A DNA stretch of 64,000 nt from Azolla caroliniana (taxonomy: Eukaryota > Plantae > Polypodiophyta): assembly GCA_043228905.1 (NCBI GenBank), contig JBHGNT010000014.1, forward strand, positions 4,836,001-4,900,000, written 5' to 3'. Below, piece by piece: positions 61,952-64,000 of this stretch. The first letter of the stretch is position 1. The number at the start of each line of letters is the position of its first letter. The notes under the pieces were generated by a model that saw only the letters and a list, made by a program, of their open reading frames with translations, had not been told where the DNA came from and made no database searches. Made by a program: the position numbers and the translations under genes.

Positions 61952-62928
61952 GGATCTTTGGCATTTAATCACAGCCTTAGTTGGATGGAAGTGTGAGGAG
62001 ATATAAGATTCACACACTTTGTTGGATCAACGAGTGATATAGACGTTTGCTCTTGTTGGCTTTATTTATGTGTCAATGTGTGATGTGGATTAATGGTGTG
62101 GAACAATCATTATTATTCCAAGTATTAGCCCATAAGCTTGAAAAAGAGGTGTGTATTATGGGCTCGTGCTTAGAATGTGAGAATGATGTTTCCATTTATG
62201 ATTGTTAATTATGAGATTGACTTGCATCATTATGTCATGCATCACATGAATATTCATTAGTTTAGGATGTTGTGAGTTGTGTCTACTATAACAAAGGGGA
62301 TATGAGTATGATCTTGAGAAAATTACATATGTTTGCAGATGCAAGATTTATGTGAGGATTTTGTGGATCATGACAACGTGCATAGCCAAAGGTTTGTGAT
62401 GGTGTGTAGCCTTTTAGAAAATGGACACTTGCATGTTGCCATGAGTGTGTCATCATTTTAGAGGCTTACCCTTATATTGATGGATAGAGTTTCTCTCGTA
62501 TTCATATGATCACTACGGTTAGCATACTTGGTGAAAGTACATGGGTGTGTATTTGAGCACGAATTGAATAAATGATGTTAAGATCTACACACCATGAATT
62601 GATCAATGGTATTGTTACGACTCACTAGAATAATTGTTATCGTAGTTATTCTCTAACCTTAGGCTTAGGTGTTTCATGCCTTATGTTTTTTTTAGTGGGC
62701 ACCATTAAGTAATTGAGTACTTTTTAATTCATTACAAAATGAATTGCTCATTTCTACTCACTTGTCGCATTGGCATCGAAAATTGAAGGTAATGTCTCCA
62801 CTCAATCGTTTTATGTGGTCGATAATAAATCTTAAAGGTTGTTGGAGTTTGAAGATGCTAAAAAATTGGTATTTACTACCCCAAATTATGGATTTTGTAA
62901 AGAATCAAGTGTATGATTCTGTGCAACG

Positions 62929-64000
62929 TGTCAAAGATTGCTTGCGGAAGCGTTAGAAAGAACAATACACAGAGAGAGAGAGAGAGTACGTGGGAGAGAC
63001 AGAGAGAGACAGAGAGAGCAAGACACACTATTTTTCAAAATTATATGAATACTCTGTGCTCTGTATCTACAACGCGCTCATCAGCACTATTTATACAAGT
63101 CCACACGGGACTGTTAGAAGTACGGTGTACTTCAATGCTCACACGAGCATCTGACACTAACTACGAGACTATAACTGCCTAGCCTATACTAGGCTTCCGG
63201 TTACGGATTGGATTTGGCATACCGGCTCCCCAACTCACTGGCATACCGATTCATCTCGCTTACCGGCTCATGCTTATTTAGTCGATCCGGCTCCGGTTGA
63301 GCTTGCCGCTCAACACTCCCCCTCAAGCTCAACCTGAGGTAGGGTCGTAGTGTCAACCTCTGTTGCAACCGGTTCTTCCAACCGACTTCTCCTGGCGTCG
63401 CTTCGCCTTGCTCACGCTCCTTGTCCGGTCCGGTCCCGTTTGCCCCGACCCCTTTGGTTCTGCGCGCCTCGACCTTCGGCATGTCTGCTCAATAGGCCCA
63501 TCTCAGCTCCTTCGCTGCTATGACTCCGGCGCTTGCCGATCCGTCGGTTCCACCGCGATGGCATCGACTTCCGCTGCGTCCATGTCTCCTTGGCCTCTCG
63601 TTGATCTGACTCATCCGGATCCATCTGTTGATCCGAATCGACTATCTCCGACTCGTTCCAGCTCTTGTCTGAATCGGTATCCTCCGATTCGATTTTCGGC
63701 TTCAGCCCTCTCACCACATCGAACCACGTCCGGATCTTGGCCTTCTCCGTGCTTCCCTTGGCTTCTTCAGCCGGTTCACCGAAGTCGAATTCTTCATTCG
63801 ACTCCGCATCATGGCCATTACGATCGTGATGACCTCCGCATAGCATGCACTTCTCTTCCTGAGTGTACACTTCTTCTTCACAACCGCTTACTCCGACTTG
63901 TTCAGATGTGCCAACTTCCTTCGTCGACTCAGCTTCATTTTTCTTCTTGTCTCCACCTCTATCGGTTCTTCTCTTACCTACGGGTTCAACAATTTTTTTG
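62929..64000 (-). mobile_element. 3' end of an LTR retrotransposon related to Copia A (3' LTR 63315-62929, PPT, charged ORF), runs off window
   Basis: LTR TGTTGAGCGGCAAGCTCAACC..CTTTGACA shares blocks (gagcattgaagtaca, gacttgtataaa, ctgtctctccc.cgtact) with 13738-14747. PPT gagggggag at 63324-63316. The reading frame is open from the window edge to 63412. Confidence 0.8.

Overview
Eukaryotic (land-plant) nuclear DNA. A non-seed plant such as a fern or lycophyte is likely, but that is an inference from protein divergence and transposon content. Two intron-rich host genes lie on the minus strand. (1) At 2802-9667 is an SMC-family ATPase with SMC2-type hinge and signature motifs that is very divergent from canonical plant SMC2. 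I could not find its last Walker-B/H-loop exon(s) in the window. (2) At 39731-60578 is a complete NUA/TPR nuclear-basket nucleoporin with about 50 coding exons. Between them (about 13.5-36.8 kb) is a deeply nested transposon block: a LINE fragment, a decayed Copia carrying a solo LTR and a hAT MITE, a Gypsy 5' stub, a non-chromovirus Gypsy with an extra PMD-like 3' ORF, an intact young Tnt1/Tork-like Copia (660-bp LTRs, TSD CGATC), and a decayed chromovirus with a triplicated integrase segment and a solo LTR. Also present: a chimeric plastid insertion (trnG-UCC + atpA) and a locally templated Copia filler inside SMC introns, LINE 3' ends with varied microsatellite tails, tRNA-like Pol III boxes inside LTRs, a 42-bp hairpin, a 4x158-bp array upstream of NUA, and the 3' end of another Copia-like element at the right edge. 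The best candidate for something new is the divergent SMC2-like paralog, a possible variant condensin subunit. Exon boundaries were read by eye and nothing was database-checked.
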